A stretch of 64,000 nucleotides of DNA from Marine Group II euryarchaeote MED-G35 (GTDB taxonomy: Archaea > Thermoplasmatota > Poseidoniia > Poseidoniales > Thalassarchaeaceae), in the NCBI GenBank assembly GCA_002457155.1, contig NTJS01000003.1, positions 1,201 to 65,200 of the forward strand, read 5' to 3'. A program made the position numbers and the translations under genes. Positions within the stretch are counted from its first letter, which is position 1, and each line of letters starts with the position of its first letter. Shown here piece after piece: positions 9,064 to 18,161 of this stretch. The notes under the pieces were generated by a model. The model was not told where the DNA came from, searched no databases, and worked only from the letters and a program-made list of their open reading frames with translations.

Positions 9064-9581
9064 GCGGCGTCGAAATCGAAATCGAGACTCAGTCTTTTCG
9101 AGTCATCCCCTCAGAGCCGATCAATCTAGCCGATGCTGTAAAGTTCGCAGGAGCTAGGAGCAACGGAGCATTTGGAGTAATTGAACACGAGGAACCCAGG
9201 GCCCTAATTGTCGTAGACATAGACGGGTCATTGTTGATTCACGGTATCTCCAATCCCGAGGCTGCTTCTTTAATTGCCGAGGAGACTCTACTAAGAATCG
9301 GAATCTCCGAAAGGGGCCTTGTGATTGAAAGAGGTGAAGTGCTTGCCAGCTTCTCAGTTGGGAGGGCTGTATTGATTAGCTTGGCAGCCGAGAGATTCAA
9401 GGATGCAGATCACGATTTGAGGCTAGATGCCCTTCGGATAGTCGCTAAGAGGCACAACTGCACAATACTACTTTTTAACAATGGCAGAGGTATTGTGATG
9501 GGCCAGTCATCTCGAAAGGTTGCTGAAATGGCAGTCTCGCACTGGATATCCGAATTGTCCGAAGAAGGCGCTTTGGCGTGA
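9060..9581 (+). CDS. Divergent TBP-fold-like protein (two internal repeats); function unknown
   Basis: At 173 aa it has the length of an archaeal TBP. By eye both halves align to TBP repeats: ALIVVDIDGSLLIHGISNPEAASLIAEE versus ALLIFSSGKLVVTGAKS..., and CTILLFNNGRGIVMGQSSRKVAEMAV versus ILLFSSGKIVCSGAKSE.... The canonical TBP motifs are not conserved. Confidence 0.4.
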   Translation: MSGVEIEIETQSFRVIPSEPINLADAVKFAGARSNGAFGVIEHEEPRALIVVDIDGSLLIHGISNPEAASLIAEETLLRIGISERGLVIERGEVLASFSVGRAVLISLAAERFKDADHDLRLDALRIVAKRHNCTILLFNNGRGIVMGQSSRKVAEMAVSHWISELSEEGALA

Positions 9582-9585
9582 GAAA

Positions 9586-10470
9586 ATGCTGGTCGATGGA
9601 AAGTGGACTGGCCCCATCTTCGACCAACATATGCATTTGGATAGGACCAATAGATTCCTGGATGCAGTTTCTGATTTCTCAAAATCAGGAGGAACAGCCA
9701 TAATGCTGGTTCACAAACCAGCAGTCTCCAAGTCTTTGCCTACTGATTCCCAAGGATACAGGGAAGCCTACTCAGAAACAATCTCAATGGCAGAGGAAAT
9801 TCGTAGAAATTTCGACTTAGAGGTAGGTTTAGTTCTCGGACCACATCCCGTCTCTTGGGAGAATCAGATTGCAGACCTAGGTCTCAAGAAATCTACAGAA
9901 CTTCATTTGGAAGCAGTCTCATTGGCATTGGAACACATCGATTCTGGGACTGCTAATTGCCTGGGAGAAGTGGGACGTCCCCACTACCCCGTGGTTGAAG
10001 AGACTTGGGAGGCAGCAAACGAAATGCTCCTCGAGATTTTGTCAATGGCATCGTCTGCAAAGACATCCGTCCAACTTCACGTTGAGGATAATGGCGAGGG
10101 CACCTGTCAAGAATTGAGTCAACTATGCAGATCAGCAGGTCTACCATTAGATCGTGCAATTCGACACTTCGCTCCTCCAAATATCAGCTCAGAATTCACA
10201 CATGGACTCTCAGCTACCGTCAATGTCGGTAAGGGAAGTATTGCAACACTCACTGAAACAGCTGGCCGATCCAGTGCTCCTTGGGGAATGGAGACAGACT
10301 TCCTAGATGATAGGAATAGACCAGGGGCAGTTCTGGGTCCCAAGACGGTCCCAAAAAGAACCCAAGAATTGGCCTTCAGCCTTCTTTCCTCTGAGTGGGA
10401 AGAATCCAAGGTTGAATCTTTGATGCAGAACATCCATTCAGATTGGCCAAAATCACTCTATGGTCTCTGA
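9586..10470 (+). CDS. TatD-family metal-dependent hydrolase
   Basis: FDQHMHLD (HxH metal motif) near the N-terminus, with later HVED and RHFAPP blocks. I moved the start to the ATG at 9586, just after the upstream stop at 9579-9581. Confidence 0.6.
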   Translation: MLVDGKWTGPIFDQHMHLDRTNRFLDAVSDFSKSGGTAIMLVHKPAVSKSLPTDSQGYREAYSETISMAEEIRRNFDLEVGLVLGPHPVSWENQIADLGLKKSTELHLEAVSLALEHIDSGTANCLGEVGRPHYPVVEETWEAANEMLLEILSMASSAKTSVQLHVEDNGEGTCQELSQLCRSAGLPLDRAIRHFAPPNISSEFTHGLSATVNVGKGSIATLTETAGRSSAPWGMETDFLDDRNRPGAVLGPKTVPKRTQELAFSLLSSEWEESKVESLMQNIHSDWPKSLYGL

Positions 10471-10680
10471 GTTGAATCTCTTTATTGGTGGTGTGAAAAT
10501 CATCAATAGTCCAATTACAAGCATAATTATTGATAATCCTAGGAACCGTAATTCTCCAATTGGCGACATACCCTGGGATTCCATCAACATCCTCAATATT
10601 GGTCCGTTAATTGGAAGGAAAAATAACACTAGAAAAATGCCAAGCATCTGTCTTAGATTCACGAATATCCGTGTAGGCAC
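10453..10680 (-). CDS. Small hypothetical membrane protein (2 TM)
   Basis: 75-aa ORF with two clear hydrophobic helices. Its 3' end overlaps the convergent TatD-like gene by 18 nt. Confidence 0.3.
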   Translation of the reverse strand: MPTRIFVNLRQMLGIFLVLFFLPINGPILRMLMESQGMSPIGELRFLGLSIIMLVIGLLMIFTPPIKRFNSETIE

Positions 10681-10704
10681 ACGCTTTTCAAGTCATTCAG
10701 TAAC

Positions 10705-10716
10705 CGAATAAATTTA
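10705..10716 (+). promoter_or_regulatory. Candidate TATA box for tRNA-Gly (cgaataaattta)
   Basis: AT-rich TTTAWA-like element about 30 nt upstream of tRNA position 1 (10744). Confidence 0.35.
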
Positions 10717-10743
10717 GAGATAACATGTGCCCGCTGAGTACAA

Positions 10744-10815
10744 GCGCCTGTAGTGAAGGGGTTATCACAAGAGGTTTCCAACCTCTTGTCCCGGGTTCGA
10801 ATCCCGGCGGGCGCA
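10744..10815 (+). tRNA. tRNA-Gly (anticodon UCC)
   Basis: Manual cloverleaf: acceptor GCGCCTG/CGGGCGC, D arm GTGA-AGGGGTTA-TCAC, anticodon arm AGAGG-TTTCCAA-CCTCT, variable loop TGTC, T arm CCGGG-TTCGAAT-CCCGG, discriminator A. Followed by the T-rich tract ctttctttctt. Confidence 0.9.
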
Positions 10816-10894
10816 CCGCTTTCTTTCTTATGTTGCTGCCAAATCGTAAATTTATGACTGAAGCATTGAAACGCCCTTTGCTTTTCGAAAGCCT

Positions 10895-12790
10895 GTGTCA
10901 GAAAGCGAACAAGAGGAGAGGGGAATCGGAGCCTCACTGAGCAAGGACATGTCAGAGCTTGAAGATGTCAACCAAGTAGTAGGTAGAAAGATTTGGAGGG
11001 TTGTACCTTATGTCACTAGGTATTGGAAAAGGGCACTTGGTGGAATTCTGGCAAACGCCGGGGCCCGTGCTTTCGACCTCATTCCATTCATCGCAATAGG
11101 GATGGCCGCAGATTATTATCAATCCAAGACGTTCACCAACTCGGTAATTGAGAGACTAGTAAATTGGGGGTCAATCCCTGACTTAGGCCCAATAGACTCC
11201 ATAGAACTTGGATTTGGACTACTAATCATGGTTTCTTTTACTTTCCTGGCCTTTTTCCAGGGACTCAGCAATCAGCTTTGGCAATCCACTGCATATATGG
11301 CGCAGCACGATATTCGAATGGACGCTACAAATTCACTATTGAATATGGAAGCATCGTACTTTGAAAGTAGACAGACCGGTAATCTGATGTCTGTACTCTC
11401 TGCAGATGTGGCCCAACTTGAGGATATCATTTCAGACGCGAGTACTAGTATGATTCGAATCACCATAACATTCTCAACCGCATTCATCATTATGTTCTGG
11501 ATGTCTCCAAAACTGGCTCTGATCTTGTTTGCCCCATTGGTAATTATTGTTCCAATGGTAATTTGGTTCTCCACTAGAGTCCAGAGGAAGTATAGGAAAC
11601 AACGAGAGAGTACCGGTGGGATTGTTGCAATCCTGGAAAACGTGCTTACTGGAGTAACCGTTGTTCAGGCGTATAACGCTAAGGAGTTTGAGAGTGATAG
11701 AATCGGAAGACAAAGTGGGGATTATCGTGACGCTGCCATTCAAGCTGCTTTCGTCCGGAATCGGTTCATCCCCGGGATTTACGTTGTCGCAGGAATCTCA
11801 TTCGGCTTGCTGACTTCGGCAGGCGGTTGGGTGATGGAATCTGGGGAGATTACTGTCGGGCAATTCGTTACATTCCTCCTAATTTCCACTAGGATGACAA
11901 TGCCTATGTTCATTCTTGGAATGCTGCTAAACCAACTCCAGAAAGGCGAGGCTTCGTCGAAGAGAGTTTTCGCCATTATCGACTTGGAACCGTCTATTTT
12001 TGATAAGGAAGGAGCAGTACCTCTGGAAGGGTCAATTGAATCTCTCAGATTCGACAATGTCTCATTCGCATATCCTACATCGGAGACAAATGTTCTGAAC
12101 GGAATCACACTCACTGCTTCTTCCGGGGAGTTCCTTGGTGTGATGGGTCACACTGGAGCAGGTAAGAGTACGATATTGAAACTGATAGAGAGGTTCTACG
12201 AACCCCAAGGAGGGAGTGTTAAGATTAATGACAGGGATATTAACGACTACCAAATAGAATCGATTAGGGAGAGAATAGGATTCGTTTCACAAGATCCGTT
12301 TCTCTTCTTTGGGACTATCGGGGAGAATGTAGCATATGCTAGGGATTCCACCAATGATCAGATTCTCGGTGCTCTAGAAGCAGCTGGCGCAACTGAGTTC
12401 GTCTCCAGCCTCCCCGATGGTTTGGATACGATGGTTGGTGATAGGGGGGTGATGCTTTCAGGCGGTCAGAGGGCTAGAATTAGCCTAGCTAGGGCACTAT
12501 TGAAGGACCCCGACCTACTTATCCTGGATGAGGCCAGTGCAGCTCTTGACGCTGAGACGGAGAAGCGAATTCAGGAGTCTCTATTCGGCAGTTCAAATGG
12601 CGGGAAGAAGAGAATTACCATAGCAGTAGCACACCGTCTAGCCACCATTAGGAATGCCGATGAGATTGTTGCAATGGTCGACGGGGCAATTGTGGAGCGT
12701 GGAACGCACAGCAATCTGTTAGCGAATGACAACGTCTACGCATCACAGTGGTCAATTCAGACTGGAGAACTTGGTTCATTGGAGGGATGA
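10895..12790 (+). CDS. ABC exporter, fused permease and ATPase (MsbA/MDR type)
   Basis: Six-TM N-terminal half, then GHTGAGKST (Walker A), LSGGQRARISLARALL (ABC signature) and LILDEASAALD (Walker B). The start could instead be the internal ATG (MSELEDV). Confidence 0.9.
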   Translation: MSESEQEERGIGASLSKDMSELEDVNQVVGRKIWRVVPYVTRYWKRALGGILANAGARAFDLIPFIAIGMAADYYQSKTFTNSVIERLVNWGSIPDLGPIDSIELGFGLLIMVSFTFLAFFQGLSNQLWQSTAYMAQHDIRMDATNSLLNMEASYFESRQTGNLMSVLSADVAQLEDIISDASTSMIRITITFSTAFIIMFWMSPKLALILFAPLVIIVPMVIWFSTRVQRKYRKQRESTGGIVAILENVLTGVTVVQAYNAKEFESDRIGRQSGDYRDAAIQAAFVRNRFIPGIYVVAGISFGLLTSAGGWVMESGEITVGQFVTFLLISTRMTMPMFILGMLLNQLQKGEASSKRVFAIIDLEPSIFDKEGAVPLEGSIESLRFDNVSFAYPTSETNVLNGITLTASSGEFLGVMGHTGAGKSTILKLIERFYEPQGGSVKINDRDINDYQIESIRERIGFVSQDPFLFFGTIGENVAYARDSTNDQILGALEAAGATEFVSSLPDGLDTMVGDRGVMLSGGQRARISLARALLKDPDLLILDEASAALDAETEKRIQESLFGSSNGGKKRITIAVAHRLATIRNADEIVAMVDGAIVERGTHSNLLANDNVYASQWSIQTGELGSLEG

Positions 12791-13533
12791 TCTTGGATGA
12801 AACCCAGATTCCCTGGGTTTCTGTTGAGCCCGGTTCTGTTCTGGTCGGTTCCGATGATCGTTCAATTCTATTCGGAGGAATCGGGCCACGTCACGAGGTA
12901 AAAATAGATTATTCCTTTAGAATTTCGGAAAGGCCGTTGGATTTCGAAGAAGTAGTTAGTATTGAACAGAATTCTGACATGGAGATTGTTTCCGACTCCG
13001 AGTGGCAGTTGGCATACTCAAGAGGTCTATTGTCGGGAATTGACGGCTCTTCGGAATCATTGGCAGATTCAGCACGAGACTATTGGGGAAAGCCCTGTGA
13101 TGGTAGACCTTTCGTAAATGATGTCAATAGTCCGTCGTTGATACGAATATGGAAGTCGGGAAGAGCGAACACACTCACCGTTTTCTCCAAGAGAAATACT
13201 GGAAAACCAGTTGCAGATGGGGTTCGAATGGTAGTTAGGGGCCACTCTGGTTGGAGTGAAAATCCCTTGTCCATCCCCAATGGGAGAAATAGCACGAAGG
13301 TCATTATTGAAGAGATACTGATTTGCACCATCATCGGAATTCTGCCTTCATTTGTCTGGGCATTTTTCAATGCCAGTCCAAGTTACATCAGAGAAGGTTG
13401 GCTGAATCTAGTTCTCGGCGGTGTGTTCTTCAGTATGTTCACAATGCTATTTTGGCGTCCAAGACAGCCAACTTGGCGTATTGAGTCTGACCGCATGACC
13501 CCTTCAAGAAGAAATAGGAGAAGCGATCGCTAA
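12787..13533 (+). CDS. Hypothetical membrane protein with a possible degenerate FGE/SUMF1-like domain
   Basis: ATGA overlap with the ABC exporter stop. Weak resemblance to the FGE-sulfatase domain (GSDD...PRHEVKIDYSFRISERPL...SEWQLAYSRG). C-terminal TM helices and an Arg-rich tail. Confidence 0.45.
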   Translation: MILDETQIPWVSVEPGSVLVGSDDRSILFGGIGPRHEVKIDYSFRISERPLDFEEVVSIEQNSDMEIVSDSEWQLAYSRGLLSGIDGSSESLADSARDYWGKPCDGRPFVNDVNSPSLIRIWKSGRANTLTVFSKRNTGKPVADGVRMVVRGHSGWSENPLSIPNGRNSTKVIIEEILICTIIGILPSFVWAFFNASPSYIREGWLNLVLGGVFFSMFTMLFWRPRQPTWRIESDRMTPSRRNRRSDR

Positions 13534-14615
13534 CTCCTATCTCTATCATCAATCTGTGAATTCGGACTCCCAGTTGCGATGCTTATTCGGGCTTTGTTGA
13601 TTCCAATCCCGTAATCCCATAATAGTATTAACGAAACAATCGAAGAAAGAAAGATCGTAACCGGACTCTTGTTGGGGGATGGCCCTAGAATAGCTCCAGA
13701 CCATGCAATGATATTGAACAAGACTGCCAGAGTGGGCAATTGGTGCACAGAAGCCCTTTCCACGCCCAATGGGACCGTTTCGGTTGAAATATCCCAGAAT
13801 GAAGGCCAAGCAAGACCTCCATTTAGACAACCCCAGATGCAAGTAGCTAGCGAAAAACACACTAGAACCGGGAATGCAGAAACCAAGATATGGCTCCATC
13901 CCCAAAGTCTCGGGTATCTCTTACCTGCTAGGGTCCTAACAAGTCCGTAGTTCCTAATCTGCTTCCTTACTCTAGCGACCCCTCGTCTTCTATGCCACAT
14001 AGTTGCAGTTCCATCCGACCAGAGACGATGCCCCAATAATCTGATTCGGTGATCCAGCATCACATCTTCTGCACCTATCGCCCCTAGGTCAAATCCACCA
14101 ACTTCTTCCAAAACCTCTCTCCTGTATGCTGAGTTCACCCCAGGAAGTTGCTCCACTTCCTCGAGAGTTCCTTCCGACCTTCTGCCATAATTCGTTCCAG
14201 CAGTGAGGAATTTGTTGCAGAAAGCAACATCAATTGATTTCTGCCAGATATTGGATTCATCAACAGGTGCGAAGTTTGGCCCGCCTACTCCGGATACCTC
14301 GGGGCGCTTGAACCACCTTTCCAATTTCTCGACCCAGTCTCGTGGGACAATCACATCATCATCAGTGAAGAAGACTAATTCAGATTCTGTCTCTTCAATA
14401 GCTACATTACAGGCATCTGCTCTGTTCCTAGAACCCTTATCATCGATGTACCTGAATCCCCTATCCTCAGTTACTTTCCTTCCTTGATCTCCGTCAGGTC
14501 CAACGACCGCCACATCTATTTCTCGGAATGTTTGGTTCGATAGTCCATCCAATACCACTGCAAGCTCAATGGAGTTGTCCACTGTGGGGATGATGACGCA
14601 GACCCTGCTAGTCAC
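13530..14615 (-). CDS. Family 2 glycosyltransferase with C-terminal TM helices
   Basis: VIIPTVDNS start, FTDDDV (DxD), GAEDVML, WHRRRG, then 4-5 hydrophobic helices. Confidence 0.8.
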   Translation of the reverse strand: MTSRVCVIIPTVDNSIELAVVLDGLSNQTFREIDVAVVGPDGDQGRKVTEDRGFRYIDDKGSRNRADACNVAIEETESELVFFTDDDVIVPRDWVEKLERWFKRPEVSGVGGPNFAPVDESNIWQKSIDVAFCNKFLTAGTNYGRRSEGTLEEVEQLPGVNSAYRREVLEEVGGFDLGAIGAEDVMLDHRIRLLGHRLWSDGTATMWHRRRGVARVRKQIRNYGLVRTLAGKRYPRLWGWSHILVSAFPVLVCFSLATCIWGCLNGGLAWPSFWDISTETVPLGVERASVHQLPTLAVLFNIIAWSGAILGPSPNKSPVTIFLSSIVSLILLWDYGIGINKARISIATGSPNSQIDDRDRS

Positions 14616-14653
14616 GAGAAGTCCGGAGAGGGGGCCATTGATGAGTTCACGGG

Positions 14654-15400
14654 TCAGTCATTGACAATTCTCGGCGCTAGGAAGTAAGTCCACCTAGCCC
14701 CACCTTCATTGCTCATCCACGAGAGTCTGAGGGGGTACTTCTCTTCAAACTCGAGTGATACCTCATTCGTGAAGCCACCAGCAAGCTTCTTGGTCAACTC
14801 GCCAAGATACTGGAGGGAATAAGTAGAATGTGTCGGCGATGCACAGGTTAACTCACTCAACTCGCCCGATTCGAACTTCACATTTACCCCTTCACCCGCC
14901 TCAACTGTAACGGATACTGCCAACTCATTCTTGTCCATACTGAGGTCTACTTCCCCACCAACAAACTTTGCGGCCCTCAAAGCCCTGGAAAGTTTCTCAG
15001 AGTCAATGGTTGCCTTTGACTTGAATTCTAGATTTGGTTGGTTGGGATTATCCATCGTACTAGTGTCAATCCCTCTGAGTATCATTAGAACCTCTCCAAC
15101 TCTGACGTTTATCGCCCCCACTGCATCGTCATAATCCATCTCAACAAGGTCACTTGGCCCTGCAAGTGTAAGAAGATCTCTCATTTTTTGGAGGTCAAGC
15201 CCGATCTCTACCGGTTCGACTTCGTATGTTTCGAAGCACTCATCGGCAATTGTTGCTGAGAGGAGCGCTACGTGTGAACCATCAACTACTGATACACTTA
15301 GGCCCTTTTCACCCCATGCCAATTTAGCCTCAGAGGTAAGTACCGATAGGATATCTACTATCTCCCTCATAAGTTGCTGCTTGGCAGTAATTCTAAGCAT
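14654..15400 (-). CDS. pcn: DNA polymerase sliding clamp PCNA
   Basis: 248 aa with a two-domain pattern typical of archaeal PCNA (ILSVLTSEAKLAWGEKGLSVSVVDGSHVALL...YSLQYLGELTK...YPLRLSW). Confidence 0.9.
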   Translation of the reverse strand: MLRITAKQQLMREIVDILSVLTSEAKLAWGEKGLSVSVVDGSHVALLSATIADECFETYEVEPVEIGLDLQKMRDLLTLAGPSDLVEMDYDDAVGAINVRVGEVLMILRGIDTSTMDNPNQPNLEFKSKATIDSEKLSRALRAAKFVGGEVDLSMDKNELAVSVTVEAGEGVNVKFESGELSELTCASPTHSTYSLQYLGELTKKLAGGFTNEVSLEFEEKYPLRLSWMSNEGGARWTYFLAPRIVND

Positions 15401-15468
15401 CCACTCACCTCGATTACCATCTACTCATAGGGGGCTCTTGATGCTTTTTGGCACGAAACCAGAATAAT

Positions 15469-15867
15469 CTACTGGTACTCCCTCCACTTATGCTTGCACT
15501 CGAGATTCGCACAGGAGCAGAACTTGGTCTCTGGCTCATCAGAGGATCTAGTTTGCTGCAAATGGACGTAAGCATTCCTTCCATTGCACTTTGGGCAGAT
15601 GTAGTCACCCTCTCTCAGAGTTCCTTGAGGCCCGTCTTCTTCTACTACCTCAGTCAGGTGCTTCAGAGACTTTGAGCCAGTTGTAGCCGTGGTCTTGGAA
15701 AGATCGATGGTCTCCCCTGTCATAGGATCAGTAAATTCGGACCCCTTTCCATCCTCTCCTGATAGGGGACCTTCGTATCCACATTTGTAATCTGGGCACT
15801 TTATCCAACCCTTGTCATCGGGATAGGAAAGCGCACCACACTCAGGACAAAACAACTCTACCACCAT
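15469..15867 (-). CDS. tfs: Transcription factor S / RpoM-like zinc-ribbon protein
   Basis: N-terminal ribbon CPECG...CPDYKCG and a C-terminal TFIIS-type ribbon CPKCNGRNAYVHLQQTRSSDEPETKFCSCANLECKHKW. The start is set at the internal ATG (MVVELFCPECG). The linker is longer than usual. Confidence 0.75.
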   Translation of the reverse strand: MVVELFCPECGALSYPDDKGWIKCPDYKCGYEGPLSGEDGKGSEFTDPMTGETIDLSKTTATTGSKSLKHLTEVVEEDGPQGTLREGDYICPKCNGRNAYVHLQQTRSSDEPETKFCSCANLECKHKWREYQ

Positions 15868-15978
15868 TGCCGTATTAACGAGAACCAAACTAGCCTGAGA
15901 CTTCCGACTATTCAACTATTCGTCTATCATTCCATACATTGCCGCACCGTTCAAGCCATCGAGCCGATTGGATGGGTC

Positions 15979-16980
15979 ATGAAAATCATCTTCGATTGGC
16001 ATCTGTCACGTGTTGTCGATGATCAAGGCAATATTGTGGACGAGATTGTGTGGGACGGCAAAATGTCCCCATCTGGAGTAGCAAAAAGACTGTGGAAGAT
16101 ACAACAAGGTCGAAGACTTCCCGAGGTCATAACTCTAGCTGAGAGATTCCCAGAAGCCAAAATAGATCCTCTGGGAGTTCTTTCAGAAACAAACTGGCCA
16201 AAGGGGGACGACTCGGAAGAAATCTTCCATAGAGCCACATTGGTACTAGCGAAGATGGGAGTCGCCGATTCTTCCAAAGATATGGACAGAAGGCTTGACA
16301 TGCTAGTTTCAGCAACTCTGGAAGCCCGGTCATCTTGGACGACATCGGAATCTCGTTGCATCGAATGGGCCGGCCTCTTCATCACAGAGGCGGACCTAGA
16401 TTCCCAGAGGGGTGAAATCCCTCTTGCCATTTCGTCTTCAGAAACCATCGTCGAGGCTTCGGAGAAATTAGGGGTAACTCCACCAAAACATCTGCCTTCT
16501 GATCCTGAGTGGGAATCCATGGTCTCACATGCCCTTTCCGTCACCTCTTCATCAAAAATCCTCGAACAATTGGAGGATTCGATTAGGGAAATCGCTACTA
16601 TCCATGTTCCATCCCTAAGCGCACTACTGGGTCCGATATCAGCCGCCAAGTTGGTCACTCTTGCCGGTGGAAGGGAGAGACTCGCTCGCATGCCATCTGG
16701 CTCTCTCCAGGTTCTTGGTGCCCATGCTGCAATGTCTGCACACAGGAGGGGGGCTCCTCCTCCAAAACACGGATCAGTCCTCTTCTCTATGCCCCAAGTG
16801 AGCAGATCTCCAAGATGGGTTAGGGGAAAGATCGCAAGATATCTTGCCGGCAAGGCAAGCATAGCGACCAGAGTCGATCACTTCGACGGGGAGACTTGGG
16901 GGAAAGCCCAGATCGATGAGATAAATACTGATATCGAGGCAATCAAGGCAAAATTTCCCAAACCACCAAAGAGGGGTTGA
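15979..16980 (+). CDS. nop5: Nop5 (Nop56/58) box C/D sRNP core protein
   Basis: Nop domain: LQVLGAHAAMSAHRRGAPPPKHGSVLFSMPQV...RGKIARYLAGKASIATRVDHF. Located immediately upstream of fibrillarin. Confidence 0.9.
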   Translation: MKIIFDWHLSRVVDDQGNIVDEIVWDGKMSPSGVAKRLWKIQQGRRLPEVITLAERFPEAKIDPLGVLSETNWPKGDDSEEIFHRATLVLAKMGVADSSKDMDRRLDMLVSATLEARSSWTTSESRCIEWAGLFITEADLDSQRGEIPLAISSSETIVEASEKLGVTPPKHLPSDPEWESMVSHALSVTSSSKILEQLEDSIREIATIHVPSLSALLGPISAAKLVTLAGGRERLARMPSGSLQVLGAHAAMSAHRRGAPPPKHGSVLFSMPQVSRSPRWVRGKIARYLAGKASIATRVDHFDGETWGKAQIDEINTDIEAIKAKFPKPPKRG

Positions 16981-16983
16981 GGG

Positions 16984-17742
16984 ATGGCCAACAAGTCAAA
17001 ATCAATCGTATGGGGGGTCAGGAGGCAGGGGAGAACCCTCTGGACCAGGAATGCAGTGAAGGGAGTTTCAGTAAGGGGCGAGAGGAGGAAAAGAGATGGC
17101 AGAATTGAGTGGAGGAGGTGGGATCCGACCAAGTCAAAGGTCGCCGCTGCAATCCTCAGAACAAGGGCCGAACAATCTTCTCTGCTCCCAACTCCTGGTT
17201 CGACATGCCTATACCTAGGTGCATCCAGTGGTGGGACTGTCAGCCATATTCACGATTTCGTCTGCGGTGCAGACAACCACCACGGTGGGCAGTTGGTGGC
17301 AGTGGAGATTTCTCCTCGCATGGTCCGGGATTTAGTCAAACTCTCAGATAGGAGGCCGGGACTTGTCCCAGTATTGGGCGATGCAAGAAAGCCAGAGCAG
17401 ATTTCTGCCTTCATCAGAGGCAAGGCAAATTGGATCCATCAGGACCTCAGCATAGCAGATCAAGCTGAGACATTCGTAAGAATGGCAACTTCTTTCCTCG
17501 CCCCTGGCGGAATCGGCCTACTTAGTCTGAAGGCCGCAAGCGAGAGGTCATCAGTAGGGGACGATAATTCAAGGTTCCAGAAGGCAGAACAGATTCTAAT
17601 GAATTCAGACCTTATTCTTCAAGAAAGAATAGACTTGACTGGTTTGGAGGAGCAACATGTGGTTTTTACTTGTTCTTCATGCACCGGACAGGACCATGGC
17701 CGTGAAAAGGCCGCCATAGACCACCATCATCAGAATAAATAG
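16984..17742 (+). CDS. flpA: Fibrillarin rRNA/tRNA 2'-O-methyltransferase
   Basis: WDPTKSKVAAAIL and the SAM motif YLGASSGGTVSHIHDFV. The C-terminal approximately 20 aa overlap the convergent gene at 17677-18078. Confidence 0.9.
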   Translation: MANKSKSIVWGVRRQGRTLWTRNAVKGVSVRGERRKRDGRIEWRRWDPTKSKVAAAILRTRAEQSSLLPTPGSTCLYLGASSGGTVSHIHDFVCGADNHHGGQLVAVEISPRMVRDLVKLSDRRPGLVPVLGDARKPEQISAFIRGKANWIHQDLSIADQAETFVRMATSFLAPGGIGLLSLKAASERSSVGDDNSRFQKAEQILMNSDLILQERIDLTGLEEQHVVFTCSSCTGQDHGREKAAIDHHHQNK

Positions 17743-18078
17743 ACCAATCCCAATCCAGGCAACAATCTGCGCAGCCTTCGCGAGACCTTGATCTGGGTGA
17801 CCCGGGTACTGGCTAGTTGTAGTTAGGGCCCCATTTGCCAGTATTAGAGCCGGAAGTGCCGTGCAAACTGAGCACGCAACTATCCCTAGGATTCCCAGAA
17901 CTAGGGCCAGAACGGCATTTGTCGTGGGCATTATCATCCCAGGTCCCCCCTGCCCCTGCACGAAGATCTGCTGCGGAGCTTGACTCGTAACGTTCGGGCT
18001 CCCCTCTAGAATAACCGTCTCAGGCGGAACAGTCGCTCCTTCAGTTGAAACCCAATCGGGCACTCCACTCTCTTCCAT
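17677..18078 (-). CDS. Small hypothetical membrane protein (DUF4190-like two-TM topology)
   Basis: Two hydrophobic helices (AVLALVLGILGIVACSVC, IVAWIGIGLFILMMVVYGGLF) after a Pro/Gln-rich N-terminus. Confidence 0.45.
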   Translation of the reverse strand: MEESGVPDWVSTEGATVPPETVILEGSPNVTSQAPQQIFVQGQGGPGMIMPTTNAVLALVLGILGIVACSVCTALPALILANGALTTTSQYPGHPDQGLAKAAQIVAWIGIGLFILMMVVYGGLFTAMVLSGA

Positions 18079-18161
18079 TAGTTGAATGCGTCAGGGCATG
18101 TTGGAATAACTCTGTCGAAGCCACTCCGAAAGGTAATGGTCCACCTCTTAGACCAATATAC

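Noticed and set aside
10725-10743. The sequence gtgcccg just upstream of tRNA-Gly could pair with the tRNA 3' acceptor strand. This raised the idea of an alternative 5' end or an integration-site (att) duplication.
   Set aside because: Using it would give a non-canonical 90-nt molecule, whereas the start at 10744 yields a perfect 72-nt cloverleaf. No integrase, direct repeat of the tRNA 3' half or foreign-looking DNA is nearby.
16023-16862. 279-aa ORF antisense to nop5. Similar long shadow ORFs occur at 41968-42630 (220 aa, antisense to the giant membrane gene), 27460-28125 (221 aa, antisense to atpC/atpE) and 51014-51634 (206 aa, antisense to gatD).
   Set aside because: Each lies entirely within a gene whose product has unmistakable conserved motifs on the opposite strand. 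Their translations are low-complexity Ser/Pro/Arg-rich with no motifs, which is typical of antisense frames in moderately GC-rich DNA.
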